NCBI RefSeq assembly: GCF_001194135.2
Contig: NC_068981.1
Location: 58,841,432 to 58,905,431 of the forward strand
Origin: Octopus bimaculoides
Taxonomy: Eukaryota
Direction of reading: 5' to 3'
DNA length: 64,000 nucleotides
The translations under genes and the position numbers were made by a program. This document shows positions 39,083 to 52,440 of the stretch, in pieces (the first letter of the stretch is position 1; each line of letters starts with the position of its first letter). The notes beneath the pieces are model-generated. The model was not told the DNA's origin. It saw only the letters and a program-made list of their open reading frames with translations, and did not search any database.

Positions 39083-39141
39083 ATCATGTACGACGTTTCG
39101 TGATTAAGAATATAAAATTCTTTTCCACTCATCAGCATGAT
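39083..39141 (-). ncRNA. Type I hammerhead ribozyme with intact catalytic core
   Basis: AUCAUG-CUGAUGA-GUG(..)CAC-GAAA-C(GUC)GUA-CAUGAU: 6-bp stem I, G-C closing pair of stem II, GUA cleavage triplet. Confidence 0.85.
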
Positions 39142-39626
39142 GTACAAAGATAAATCTGAAAATGCTAATATAACTCATGCGTATTTTGACCATGCGACAT
39201 CAAAATCACATAAGAAAAGCATCCACAAATTTATCGACTAGTGAGTTCCGCATCCCTCCTCAAGAATTATCCCATGTGCGCCACAAATAGTCACGCAGAA
39301 AAGACTACAGTTCAGCCATCCAATTCCCTGCCCTATATCTGTATTTATATTGATGGTCTTCTGTTAATTTTATACTGTGTAGTGACCATAGTTAGGAGCA
39401 GTAAGTCTACGTGGATTAGCACATATGTCCTCACATGTGGTAGAGGACAAACACAAATACAAAGACATATCCCTCCATACATTTATATATTTATGCACCC
39501 CCCCCCCCACACATCCATACACACACATATATGACGGACTTCTTTCAGTTTCCATCTAACAAATCCACTCACAAGTCCCTGAACGGCCCGCATCTATAGT
39601 TGGTTTACATCCCATAAACTAGCGGT

Positions 39627-39708
<82 letters not shown>

Positions 39709-40231
39709 GTCTACATTTCTTTGTCACATCTACACACACTGACATAATCCTAAATATTGGACTGTTTATACACATTCATTCCTCTACAAGCACATTCGTG
39801 TAATATACTGACATACATACAAGCTCTTTCTCTCTCTCACACACACATACACACACATACACATACACACACATGCACACATATACATTGTATTTATAAC
39901 GAGTGTGCATGTATACATTAATTCATGCATTTACATATGCATACAAGCAGTCACAAGCAATCATACATGCATATCGGTTGACATGAAATAGACGTTTATG
40001 TCTATCTGATTATGTCCAACAAAGACATTTATATTTACGACTATATTTGTATCCCACTGTAAAATAACAGCAGCAGACTCATTATTAATAAATAAGATTT
40101 ATACGTTGTATATATATTAAACAGTTGCCCACCGATGTAATATAATACGAGACGAGCATGTTTGTACAATAGAAGATTTAACGCTGCAAAAATATGTAAC
40201 ATGCACACGCGCAGACGCTTACAGAAATCTC

Positions 40232-40287
<56 letters not shown>

Positions 40288-40288
40288 C

Positions 40289-41440
40289 TAAGTTGAGGCA
40301 AAGGTTTTTTCGGTTTTTCACTGATGATTTTTGGCAACTTGTATCTCCATGTTATATCATTAATTTGATACAACTTTTCCAATCGTTTCTGAATTGTTAA
40401 TTTTTTATTTTCATATATAGCATATAAACATTAATCGTTTAGTCATTATTTTACTGCTTTGATAATGAGTGGTAAAAAAAATTGCAATTTTACGCTACCT
40501 GTAGAAAAAAAAAGGACTGAGTACAAGAGCAGCAGCAACACAAATTACTGACTTGACAAGACAAGAACTGTCAACGTACGTATGGTTCAAAACAGGGCCG
40601 AAAAGAAACCAAGAAACCAAGGTCAGGGAGACCTGCTGTAGAAAATGAGGCCTTGTTTGAAATAGTTGAACGAATGCCAAGCACAATCACTCGTACATTG
40701 ATGGCAAAACTTGATCCTTTACAAAACTACCATCAATCGGCATCACCATAAGCTCGACTTAGTGAACAGACGTTGTCGAGAAACTCCTCATGAACTGACC
40801 AATGACATTGACTAATGACATGTGAACATTTGCAAACAACCGCTGGAAAATCCTCAAGATGCTCGTTTTTGGCGTCGAATTGTAACTGGGGATGGAAAAA
40901 TGAATCTATTTTCTTAATCTTAAGAGAAATCAGTGGTTTCATCCCGACTAGGCTTCAGAAACTGTTGCCAAACAAGGTCGGTTAGAACAGAAGGTTATAT
41001 TTTGTGTTTAGTGGCATATCGAAGGCGTGTTGCACTTTGATCTTGTCTCAGATGGTCAAGCTATTAATGCTAACCTTTATGGTCAACAACTGCAGCGAGT
41101 ACATGATGCTTTGAAAGCTCTCTATCTGGTAATGCGATTTGAAGGGCTGGAAGTGCTATCTTACCTTGCGTACAAGTTCAAGCGTTTTCCGGGCCATGTC
41201 TCATTTCCTGCATGGAAACGGAGGTTCAACAACGTGGATGAGATTGAAAACAGGTGCAAGGAGTATTTTTTCCTCTAAATCAGCCAGATGTTATAAGCGT
41301 GGGATTGAGTTTCTGACACCACAATGACAACAAATTATAAAATATGAAGGGGTATACTTTGATGAATTAACGCTCTTCGTATGTAATTTTTTCTAACTAA
41401 TTAATCTTGAAATACGAAAAACTTTTGACCCAGTCTGGTA
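40289..41440 (+). mobile_element. Mariner transposon, copy 2 (same family as 28478-29660)
   Basis: Shared 5' UTR and ORF; imperfect TIRs GTTGAGGCAAAGGTTTTTTCGG / CGAAAAACTTTTGACCCAG; LHFDLVSDGQAINANLYGQQLQRV. Confidence 0.88.
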
Positions 41441-41454
41441 TGTTTTCTATATTT

Positions 41455-41900
41455 CATTTTTATTTGTTTCAGTCATTAAACTTCGGTTATGCTGGGGCTC
41501 TGCTGGAGCTCTGCTGGGGCTCTGCTGGGGCTCTGCTGGGGCTCTGCTGGGGCTCTGCATGAAAGAATTTTTAGAGGAATGAATCGATCTCAGTACTTTT
41601 TTAAGGCCTGATACTTATACTATCAGTTCTTTTGCCGACCTGCTAAGTTAAGAGGACGTAAACTCACCGATTGTCAAGCGGTGGTGGGGACGNNNNNNNN
41701 NNNNNNNNNNNNNNNNNNNNNNNNNNNNNNNNNNNNNNNNNNACACACGCATGCACACACACACGCACGCACACACACACGCATTACAGGTTTTTTTTCA
41801 GTTTCCTTCTACTAAATCCACTCACAAAGCTTTGGTTAGCGCGAGACTGAACACAGAACCATGTGGTTGGGAGGCATGTTTCTTACAACACAGCTACGCT
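41455..41900 (-). mobile_element. SINE family B containing an 11-bp minisatellite and a gap
   Basis: TTGTTTCAGTCATT 3' end; (GCTGGGGCTCT)6; CAGTTTCC.TCTAC.AAATCCACTCACAA; AACCATGTGGTTG head. Confidence 0.8.
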
Positions 41901-41939
41901 TGTGGCTATAATGTAAATAAATATATATTAATATATTCT

Positions 41940-42195
41940 TTTATTCTTTTATTCTTTTATTTGTTTCAGTCATTTGACTGCAGCCATGCTGAAGTACCGC
42001 CTTAAAGGGCTTTAGTCAAAGAAATCGACCCCAGGACTTATTATTTGTAAGCCTAGTACTTATTCTATCGGTCGCTTTTGCCGAACCACTAAGTTACGGG
42101 GACATAAACATACCAGCATCGGTTGTCAAGTAATGGCGGGGGAGACAATCACCACACACACATACCCACACACGAATTGCTGGCTTCAGTTTGTT
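41940..42195 (-). mobile_element. SINE family B, 3' half
   Basis: CAGTCATTTGACTGC..ATCGACCCCAGGACTTATT..AGTACTTATTCTATCGG..AAGTTACGGGGAC. Confidence 0.9.
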
Positions 42196-43104
42196 GGCCA
42201 ACAAAGCACTGTATCTTGTACCTCCGATGAATTTCAGCACTTGACACACCTTCCGACCAGAGAAATCGGATCACTGCTCTTTGTTCTTCTCTGGTGCACA
42301 TTGCTATTAGAGTGGCCATGCTTACATTGTAAAGCCAGAAAAAAAAATGGTTCGATCAGGCTCAAACTTTGATTACGCGACCACAATAGTACCAACAATA
42401 AGCACGCACACACAGAAGGCAGTGTGGCAATAAAAAAAGATATGTTATGGTGAAAGTCCGGCTAAGTTTTTACTTTTCCTCGCTATATTGCAGGATATAA
42501 AAATGTATTTGAAATTATTGAAATAACATTCTAAGAATATAATAAACACATTGAATGACTAGCGCATATAGTTGAAAGAAAACTAAGTATAACAATTATC
42601 CGTTTCAGTACCAATGCTGCCATGATGTCTACGTTGAACAATCTTCGTATGCTCGAGTTTTTATTGTCAAGGAACTCTTCAAAAGTATTTTGTGCTTTTA
42701 GTAAATATACGTATTGAATAACGGACAATTAGATACGCTTGGAGATTGTTATAAATCAAATATACAACGACGAACCGTTAAATCGGCAATATAAACTAGG
42801 GATATCCAAGTAGCAGAGTAAAATCTTGAGTGTCCGACTTCAATACACAAAACTTGCAAGACGTCAAGTTTATCTTTAAGATTAATCTTCGATCTATCCT
42901 CCAGAAATAATTTCTTATACTGAACAATGCAGTAAGACAGTTATGAATCACATACTTATACACACAAACATTTGCATGTATAATAATTTATATATTACAC
43001 ACACATACGCATGCATGCTCTCCCATTCTTTCTCAGTCACTCACTCACTCACTCACTCACTCACTCACTCACTCATTTACTCTCTCTGTCTCTGTCTCTC
43101 TGTC

Positions 43105-43217
<113 letters not shown>

Positions 43218-43899
43218 AGTAAATACAGACACTTTACTTAACGCATACGGTAGCTAAATAAAATACACACATATTAACATAAGTATTTGGATAACAGACT
43301 TGAATGCTCATACAAATGCATTCTTATATCCACATGCATACAAACACATTTAACTAACATAATGACAGTTACACTCTCCCACACATACGCACCCGCACGT
43401 GTATGTGTGTATTCGTGTGCACAAACGAACAAAACATTCCACTTAACATCTACAATGTTAATTACAGCAAAATAACTCGTCTCTCGGAAACTGTCGTGTT
43501 TTAAGCAGTCTACTCAAGCAACCATAATATTCCAATCCGTGTTTTTGTGATTTACATTCAATATCATTTCCTTTGCTGCTAACAAACATTCTTATCCATT
43601 CCAGAGTGTTTGCTTTGTTGCGCAGCTAGATCAATTTGGACCTTTTTCCCGCAAAATTCTATTTTATTTTATCGACCTTAATAAAAGTTCTTCGCTATAA
43701 AAAAGTTTGAATTCTTTAACTGGTATATTCCATTGCATCATTCCTATAATGTCCGTAAGACTTAATTTTTTTCTTCAGCTCATTGGTAAACACATCGATA
43801 AAGTTATTGGAGTGCCGGCTGAGGAGTGTGTGTCAGTGTTCTGAGTCTCTCTCGTCACAGTCGCGAATGGGCACAAGTTATAGTCGTGTATGCAGAGAG

Positions 43900-43904
<5 letters not shown>

Positions 43905-43995
<91 letters not shown>

Positions 43996-44047
43996 AGAGA
44001 CAGGGAGAGAGAGAGAGAGAGAGATAGAAAGAGAAAGAAAGAGAGAG
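43905..44047. repeat. (GA)n microsatellite
   Basis: Directly visible. Confidence 0.95.
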
Positions 44048-44149
44048 CTTTATAAATAACGTGTATTTTTTTGTTGTTAAAAGTGCAGAGATCCCTACTT
44101 ATATTCATATGGACCTTGTGTAGGCTTGTAAGATATATTGAAATCATGT

Positions 44150-44890
44150 ACCGAGAACAACTATTTCATCACTCGCTTTCTGAACTTATTACCTTCGGTG
44201 ACTTCAAAGAACATAACTTGTTCTACGCAAACAGTACTGGTGCAGAAGTCGAGTCAGTTGTCATTCAATACTCTTTGGAAACTTTAGTGAAGTCACTCGT
44301 ATCTTTGACACTTCAGACATTTGATATATTTTCTTTTCCAAACATAACCTTCATCAAACTATCATTGTCTCTACACTTAGAGGAACGACGGGTCACTCCA
44401 TTATCAAGGGTACCCCACCACACATTCATATACCATACAAGACACCCACTCGCCTTGCTTTATGGCACTTCCAGTCAGTTACTAATTGAGGCGCACTCCC
44501 ACGTTTTACACTATGTTTGACAGAAAATGTTTTCCACTACCGAAATATGTGAGACAACTGTGCAAGTGAGCAAAACTACCCTCTTAGGTAATTCCTTACG
44601 CAAACACAACCCGCAATACCTTGAACTTATAACTTCAAGTCCTCTAAATCCTAAAATGGTTCTCATGTTGTTGCGTTGTTTAATGAAGGTAAAAACACAT
44701 CTTGCAATGGTTGAAAAGCTCATCTACCTCCATGAACTCGGTGGCATTGAGAAAACAAACGATGTCTTCGTGCATTGCAATACTGAAAGCTCTGTTGCCC
44801 CCTAATTGCCACTGGTCTCTTCAATTATCCTAAAACAGTGTGCTTCAGACTTTATTATCGCAAAAATCTTCAACATTTCTCTTTCTAGTG
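44150..44890 (+). mobile_element. CR1/Jockey-like LINE ORF2 (AP endonuclease to pre-RT), degenerate
   Basis: ITFGDFKEHN (GDFN-like); later PLVSSIILKQCASD..KIFNISLSS resembling GPDGIPPIVLKxCA..L..IFNxSL. Confidence 0.6.
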
Positions 44891-45149
44891 ATATTACAAG
44901 TTTGAACTTAATCAAGTAGATCTATGTTCTGGAGCATTCTAACACTTACCTGAATGGCAATGTCAACCTCAGTGTTTGAATGATGCCTCATAAACGCACC
45001 TCGATATATGAAGTTTACTTAAGTACTTCGAAACAGTGGTTTGTAAGAAATAACTCCATGGACAGTTAAAAAGGCTGCTCGATCGCTGATGACATCCTAA
45101 CACAGTAGATGCAATTAAACGCTCTTAGACCTTTTGTCCAACGCTCTGC

Positions 45150-45620
45150 CGTTTCTAAAATCGAAATGGAAACAAAGGCACGCAGTGGTACACAAGAGAA
45201 CTGTGGAGACCATTTGCAGGACACACATGACAAAGCTTAAATCTGGAGGAGCAGTAATACTGTTGTCGGGTGACTTCCGTCAGACCTAGCCTGTGACCTC
45301 AAATGAAATCCGTGCTTATCTTAAATCGTTATCACTGTAGATCAACGTTAAAATCTTTGAACTATCTACAACACAAGGGTGCAACTTTTTTGGAGTTTAA
45401 CTTTTTGGTTAGTTTGCGGAAAAATTAGTAACAAATTGAAAGATATTTCTTCCTACCGTAACGACACCATGGATTTAGCTCCGATAAGCACAATGATTAA
45501 GACAGTAGACGAATTAATATTGAATGTGTTCACAACCGGTAACATCTCTATCCAACACACAAATGCGCGTGCGGAGGACAATACGTGCAATTAAAAGTAT
45601 TACGATCAACTACAACTGAG
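45150..45620 (+). mobile_element. Helitron PIF1-type helicase remnant
   Basis: GGAVILLSGDFRQT*PVTSNEIRAYLKS and VDELILNVF segments. Confidence 0.65.
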
Positions 45621-46894
45621 GCATTCATTTGTAGGAATTAGACATTACTCCACTGCGACCATCTTTAAAGATATTAAAAGATTTAAACAGAGGAGATGCA
45701 GTTGCGCTCATGAGCTTTTCAGACATGGGTGAGGGAAAGAGATGTGCCTAAGATCTAGGTGAAGCTGTAAAACAGGGCAACATATTAAGTCTGCCACCAA
45801 AAATAGAAAAGTTCTCTCTGACAGGCTTTCACAGTTTCCATTTACCAAATTTTACGCATAAGGTTTGATACTATGGTAAAATGCATTTGCAACGGTGCTG
45901 TGCTATGGGATTGAATCTAAAATCACGAAGTTGCAAAGTGAAAGTCCTAATTCCTCGTCCATACCGTCGGTACCACACATGAGTATTTTGACTGCTCGAA
46001 GCGCTAGATTGACGTCGTCTACGTACTTGTTCTATTTCCGATGGGGCAGTAGTGTATCAATGCAATAAAACAAAACAAAAGCAAAATAGTAATCCGATTG
46101 AAAGAGAGATAAATTTGATGACTACAAAAGTATGTCAGAACCCAAGAGTTAGCAGTCTAATGCCATATCTAATAGAGCCTTTTCGTCTCTTGACAATATC
46201 AGAGTGAATACAAAACCTTTCATTGGGGTGTTTGCCATAATGGACTGATAGAATCTTTCGATGTTTCGTGTGTCAGTTGTAGATGATATTTCACAGATGT
46301 ATTTATATACTTTTTCATAAAATTTGAATTTGTTCGGTGTAAATTGTTCTCAAGAAGGAGCCGATTACCGCGTCACACACATTCAAACAATATTTTTCAG
46401 TTGTAGTGACTTTTCAAGCACGATTACACATGAGTAACTGCATTGTGCATGAGTCTGCTACAACGTAAAAAACAACAACAACGACAAAAATGGTTGTACT
46501 GTGTCTCACAAGAGCTTAACAGGAAACTTATTTAAGATTCAGTTATATTTGTACATACCATTTTCAAATACTCTAACAAAAAAAACACAACATCGTTAAC
46601 AAAAGCGCATTCTTCAAAATAAAGATAGGAGTCTACCACAATTACATGGTCTCTCTTGGACAGATCCATACGATGTAATAATGGTTAAAACTTAACAATT
46701 TATGTCTGACTGAAATATATCATAGTCCAGCCCACACCAATAATGACAGAAATATAGAACTAATGTCAGCTTGCAGACACAATAAGAGATTTTTATTTTC
46801 TCAACAGACAAACCAGTAGTGACATCAAACATCACGTGACACTGCTATTATGTATACTTGCATGAAACCATAGTACGAAAGTAGATACGGATCA

Positions 46895-46945
<51 letters not shown>

Positions 46946-47886
46946 GATACTACCCCCAATTTTTAAACTATCTATTCTAAATTGATTTTGAATATTGTCT
47001 TAACATAAACAATCTTTGCTGTTCAATAATAAAAGGGAAACGAAACTAGCTGATGTTTTTATGCCTGAGGTAACAACAAATAATTAGAACTGTTGCAGTC
47101 TGAGATATAAATTATAATTAAAGGAAATGATACACCCACCGTTTGCTCTAGACTTCATTAGAAGGCAGCATACATTTTCTCAGAAGATATTGATTTATTT
47201 CTTTGTGTAGCATATTAAACAAATTTTGTATCCGAGCTGAATCTACCTCACTGTAGCTAAGTACTTATTTCATTACTTGCATTGGTACGAAGTCTGAAAT
47301 GTTTATCGGACAGAACCGTCACCCAATGAATACGAAGCACACATTTTATTGATATGGAAAGGGATAAAATGCAAATTCAACCAGAACAGGATTTAAACTA
47401 AGATGCCAAAGGAAAAGAAAACTAAAAGAAAGGCATTTAATTCGACGTTCTAGGAATCCTCTCTGTTTTTCATACAACACTCCATCACAGGAAATAAGAT
47501 ATTATAGAAAACGAAAATAGTACTACTCAAAATAAGATACGTTAGAGTTAGTAAAAAATCTTATTGAAATGATGGATTATTTATATTTTTTTCCCTACAG
47601 ATTTGTTCAATTACTTGTGTGAAGTTGGTAAAAGAATAACGCTAAATGAAGTAGCCAAGAAAGCATAATGGAAGTTTTTTGTTTTGTTTTTGGGAGATGC
47701 TTATGACGATATATGTTTTGGCAATGGCACAATAAATAGTTTCTGATTTTAGTAAAAATGTGTCTGAATTCAGAGAGAAATATAGACTGATAGGTCTTTG
47801 GTTAATCTAAATGAATAGCTATTTAGAAGAACAAAACAAATGTTAGCCAGTAAACTATAGTGCAAGTAAAAGGCAAAAAGTGATGC

Positions 47887-47970
<84 letters not shown>

Positions 47971-48028
47971 CGTCCTCTTTCTGTTTGTGTGTGTTTCTCT
48001 TTTTATACACACGTATATATAAACGCTT

Positions 48029-48134
<106 letters not shown>

Positions 48135-48777
48135 ACACTCTGTATATCTGCACAAGTGCACGAAAGATTGATAATAAGGAAGAGAGACAGAGCGACAGAG
48201 AGAATGAGAAAACACCAAAGAATGAAATGCAGGTAAATATCTATAAGTATGGGTTCTGTTGTGCTCTAAGATATGATAGTGTTGCTTCTGATATATTCCA
48301 TAAAGTAGGCAACTAATGAAGAGACTTAGAATATTTCAAGTGTAGGGCAATATATTACAGATACTGTTCATTTGCACGTTTGTTGCTGTCGACATCAAAC
48401 AGCTATAAGAAAAATTATGCATTTGTACTGTAGAAGATTTCAACTAAAAAGTATGTGAAGCAAACGATGATATGCTCGTAGAAAGGTAGCAGTTGTTATT
48501 GAATCAAGAAAAAGCAAAGGAGAAAGCGAAAAAGTTTCTTTCTAAACATTCATTTATTCGCCTACATAAATTCTTGGAAAGCTACGTTTCAATAGAAGCC
48601 AAACTGTAGCCCATATATCAAGAAGATGGAGTTTCCAAGACTCATACTGAATTAATACTGTATAGGAACATACTTAAGAAGTAAAGTTACTGCATATTAA
48701 ATAGTACCTCAATAATTCTAGTATTCCTATGTAGGGTTTATAAGAGTGTATGTGTGTATGAGTGTGTGTGTGTGTAT

Positions 48778-48839
<62 letters not shown>

Positions 48840-49399
48840 TGAGGGTTCAGCCAATACATTAGTTCTGATATAGAGAGCCAACGGAGGGTTCCATGAATGT
48901 CTCACTTAAAAAAGAACAGATAAAAAAGCTCAAGCTCTTTTGAGAGGAGCAAGGCCAGTGTCTCCATCCAGAATTTTCGCAAAAGCTTTCTTGCTCTGTA
49001 AAATTTCCCTAAGAGACCCTGTTCCAACATAACAGGCATCGGTTGGAACGGTGCTGGTTTATGGAAGTAGAGAGAAAGAAGATTCTTCTAGTTCTGTTCT
49101 GAATGGTGCTGTATACTTCTTTCTGTCTCAGTCCGTTAATACGCTAAGTTTATAGAACAGAAAAGGTTCAAACAGACATCTCAAATCAAATATTTTTATT
49201 GATCATAAGCATGTCTTGGCGCAATAAACCAAAACTGTAAGTCCTAACAAATGAAATATCATGATTAAATCTGATGACCGTTCAAGATATTTTCAGATAA
49301 AGAGAAATTTTTAATTTCAGATTGTTTGCTGCCGTCAGTTATTTTATTGTTGGGCTCACGTGGTGTAGACTGGCTAGTCTCGGATTGTCCAGATGAAGC

Positions 49400-49860
49400 G
49401 GAAAATGTAGGTCGAGTTTTCCCCAAGAGTGTGTTGTAATGCTATCAGATGATGAGAGTGATTCTATAGACCACGGTCTTTGCGAGTAAAGATCCTCTCA
49501 ATGGGAACTTAGTAGGATCTCTGAAGTTACAGAGTGGAGTGTAGGGTGGAGACCGTGTTGACGCGCATTTGTTTCTGTTGTAGCATGCGATTTTGTAAGC
49601 GATATTAGGTAGGCATGAGCACCTAACCGTCATGTCACGTGAAATAAACTTCTCCAACATCCTAAATCGGACCCCTCCTCACTTAACTGGATCTCGTAAT
49701 TGTCAACTCTGCCTCCATGAGAAATTACATTTACTCCACCAGCCTGCAGTATTCGTCAATAAGAAACATGGTTTATCTTACTGTTACTACCAGAAATACG
49801 CCTTCTCAATGAATTTCAAGCTTTTGGCCGCTGATAACCTGGATATTCCACCCTAGGCCC
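49400..49860. mobile_element. Penelope-like element GIY-YIG region split into two oppositely oriented pieces
   Basis: Minus 49400-49625: CSCLPNI..CNFRDPTKFPLRGSLLAKTVVY; plus 49630-49856: ILNRTPPHLTGSRNCQLCLHEKLHLL. Confidence 0.8.
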
Positions 49861-50395
49861 TAGATGTGTGGGCCCTAGATAGCCCACACAACGTCAGAGT
49901 ATCCAATACATACTGCCCATAGAAATTACAGCCTACTTATGCCTGTCACACGAACTCATTTATAACCTGACCCTATCAAATCGGTAACCTCCAATTCATA
50001 ACTACAGTTGCTAAGTTCCGTACCCTACGCAATAATGACTAATTTACTGAATGACGCCAACATTTTATCTACCATGCTACGGGCTGTTCCCACTGTGAAA
50101 ATTGGTGTCACTGCATATATCATACAGAATGCAAACAAAGTATTGCAATCATCCTGTCTGCGCCACTTTAAACTAAAAATAAAATATCTAAAGTCACTAT
50201 AATAAAAACAACAATAATAACAACAAAAACAAAACAAAACAGCAACAACAACAACAACACACGTGATCTAAACTGAATAATGGAAGTCTTAATACGTAGA
50301 TGCTATTTTAAATTTCTTTTAAATTCCTCATAGCTGATGAAATAGAAAAGTCCTATACCATCGAAACTTTCTTAATGTATAGGTGAATCAGTTAT

Positions 50396-50438
<43 letters not shown>

Positions 50439-51231
50439 ATATATGGATAGATAGAAAGAAAGAAAGATAGCTAGATAGATAAATAGACAGATATAGTGTA
50501 ACTTCAGTACTAGATCATCGACTGTATAGAGAAGGAATATAATTTATTTCAGAGCTTTTCTAGTAGTAATTTAGTCGACTTTGGAAAACGAAAAGCAAAA
50601 TCAAACACAATGTGATGATATTGTACAACCAACTCAAAAGTTGGTATTTCTTATCCTATAATAGGACTATGTCCATGAGGACTGAGATCACAAAAATGCT
50701 CGTTAGTGACTATGTATTGATTTTGATGTTAGATACACAATCTGGAGATGGAAATTGTGCTTGATAAAATAATAGATACACTAACATGAACATTTTGAAC
50801 TGATACCAGTAAATCTAAATATTCATAAAAAAAAAATCAAAATCTTTTTCAGATTTTGTGTTCTGGCAAAATGCCTTTTAGTTATACAGTTGAAAGAATG
50901 CTTCTTGTACAATTATTAACTAATTTTGACTAGGCACGAAGTCAACATTTTTCTCGGTAAGGCTATAGTCAATTTCATTACTATATATTTCTGGTGTCTA
51001 TTCTATCGTTCTTGAATAAAATGCAAAATAAAGTTGGCTTAAAGACAAGAAATTTTAAATACAGAAGTAAGTGAAGATGGAACAGAATATTGCAATTATT
51101 TTAAAATGGCGCTGGTATACAGCTGAAATCGCAGCATATCACTGGTACTCAATTTATTGATAATCGAATGCGATGAAAATCATGCCAACCACGTACGTCA
51201 AATATGATGCATTAATATTACGCAACACTAG

Positions 51232-51390
51232 GGCGGCAAGCTAGCAGAATCGTTAGCACGCCAAGCAAAATGCTTAGCAGCGTTTCGTCCGTCTTTACGT
51301 TATAAGTTCAAACTCCGCCGATGTCGACTTTGCCACTCATCCATTCAGGGTCGATAACGCTAAGCATTTTGCCCGGCGTATTAACGATTC
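51232..51390 (+). mobile_element. SINE family A fragment ending in an inverted copy of its own head
   Basis: 51357-51390 is the reverse complement of about 51247-51280. Confidence 0.85.
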
Positions 51391-51789
51391 AGTAACTTAG
51401 TTAAAGAAATTATTATCAACAGAATATCAACTATACGCTCTCTCTCTTTATATATATATATATNNNNNNNNNNNNNNNNNNNNNNNNNNNNNNNNNNNNN
51501 NNNNNNNNNNNNNNNNNNNNNNNNNNNNNNNNNNNNNNNNNNNNNNNNNNNNNNNNNNNNNNNNNNNNNNNNNNNNNNNNNNNNNNNNNNNNNNNNNNNN
51601 NNNNNNNNNNNNNNNNNNNNNNNNNNNNNNNNNNNNNNNNNNNNNNNNNNNNNNNNTAAGAAGAAAAATAAGCGAAAATGCACATTGGAAATCAAAAAAA
51701 GTAAAGGCTTTTTATGAAAAGTAACGATAGATATACACAATTAGATGAACTGAGGTAGGAATAAAAGTAATAAAAGTCATTATTGTGAG

Positions 51790-52440
51790 ATGTTAAAGAG
51801 ATTCAAAAGCATACCGGTTTCGTAATATTACTAATCATTGCTTTGAATGTACACCAAATACTGAACGGTGTCAGGTCTACTAGTCCCTGAGTAAAAAGAT
51901 TATGTGAAAGGGAGTTAAGTAGTTCTGGATTTGGTGCAATTAGGGTAGATCTAGATCTGTAATGTGAATGGTGAATGGGATGTATGGGGGTTAGTAGTAT
52001 TAAATGGAAGGTTAGTAGTGTTCTATATTATGTCATGTGTTCATATTTAATTGTGGAAGATATTTAATGATGAAAGTTGCCTCTTTATTCATTCTTTGTT
52101 GTGTGAACATTGATAGAAGGGAAAAATTAGGAAATTAGGATTAAGATTCCTCGCACATCTTTCTATGTGTCCACTGACCTGTATCTGTCTGTATTGTGGG
52201 TGGCGGATTTGTTCTTTGTGGAGAGTGGTTCTTCTACAGAGTGATATCCTGTTTGACCAATATAATTATTACTACACCCTAAACACGTAATAGCATAGAT
52301 TAGATTCTCTGAGGCACAGGTGAAATTTGATTTAATCTTAAATGTTTCACCTTGTTGAAAGTGAAATCTGAACTCTCCAAAATGTGGGGGGCAAGTACCA
52401 CAGTTAGGTCGACCACATTTTTTCACTTTAGGTTTTGTTG
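51790..52440 (-). mobile_element. Penelope-like element 3' end: GIY-YIG endonuclease, 3' UTR and hammerhead remnant
   Basis: KKCGRPNCGTCP..FKIKSNFTCASENLIYAITCLGCSNNYIGQTG; hammerhead fold at 51806-51844. Confidence 0.88.

Noticed and set aside
42609-42701. YQCCHDVY matching the nicotinic receptor loop C pattern YxCCxxxY after an AG
   Set aside because: The downstream residues do not resemble the pre-TM1 region, a stop follows quickly, and a 4-residue pattern is expected by chance in 64 kb.
50330-50372. CTGATGA...CTATACCATCGAAAC motif (similar weak ones near 52928, 45010 and 60600)
   Set aside because: Stem I or III, or the core, cannot be completed.
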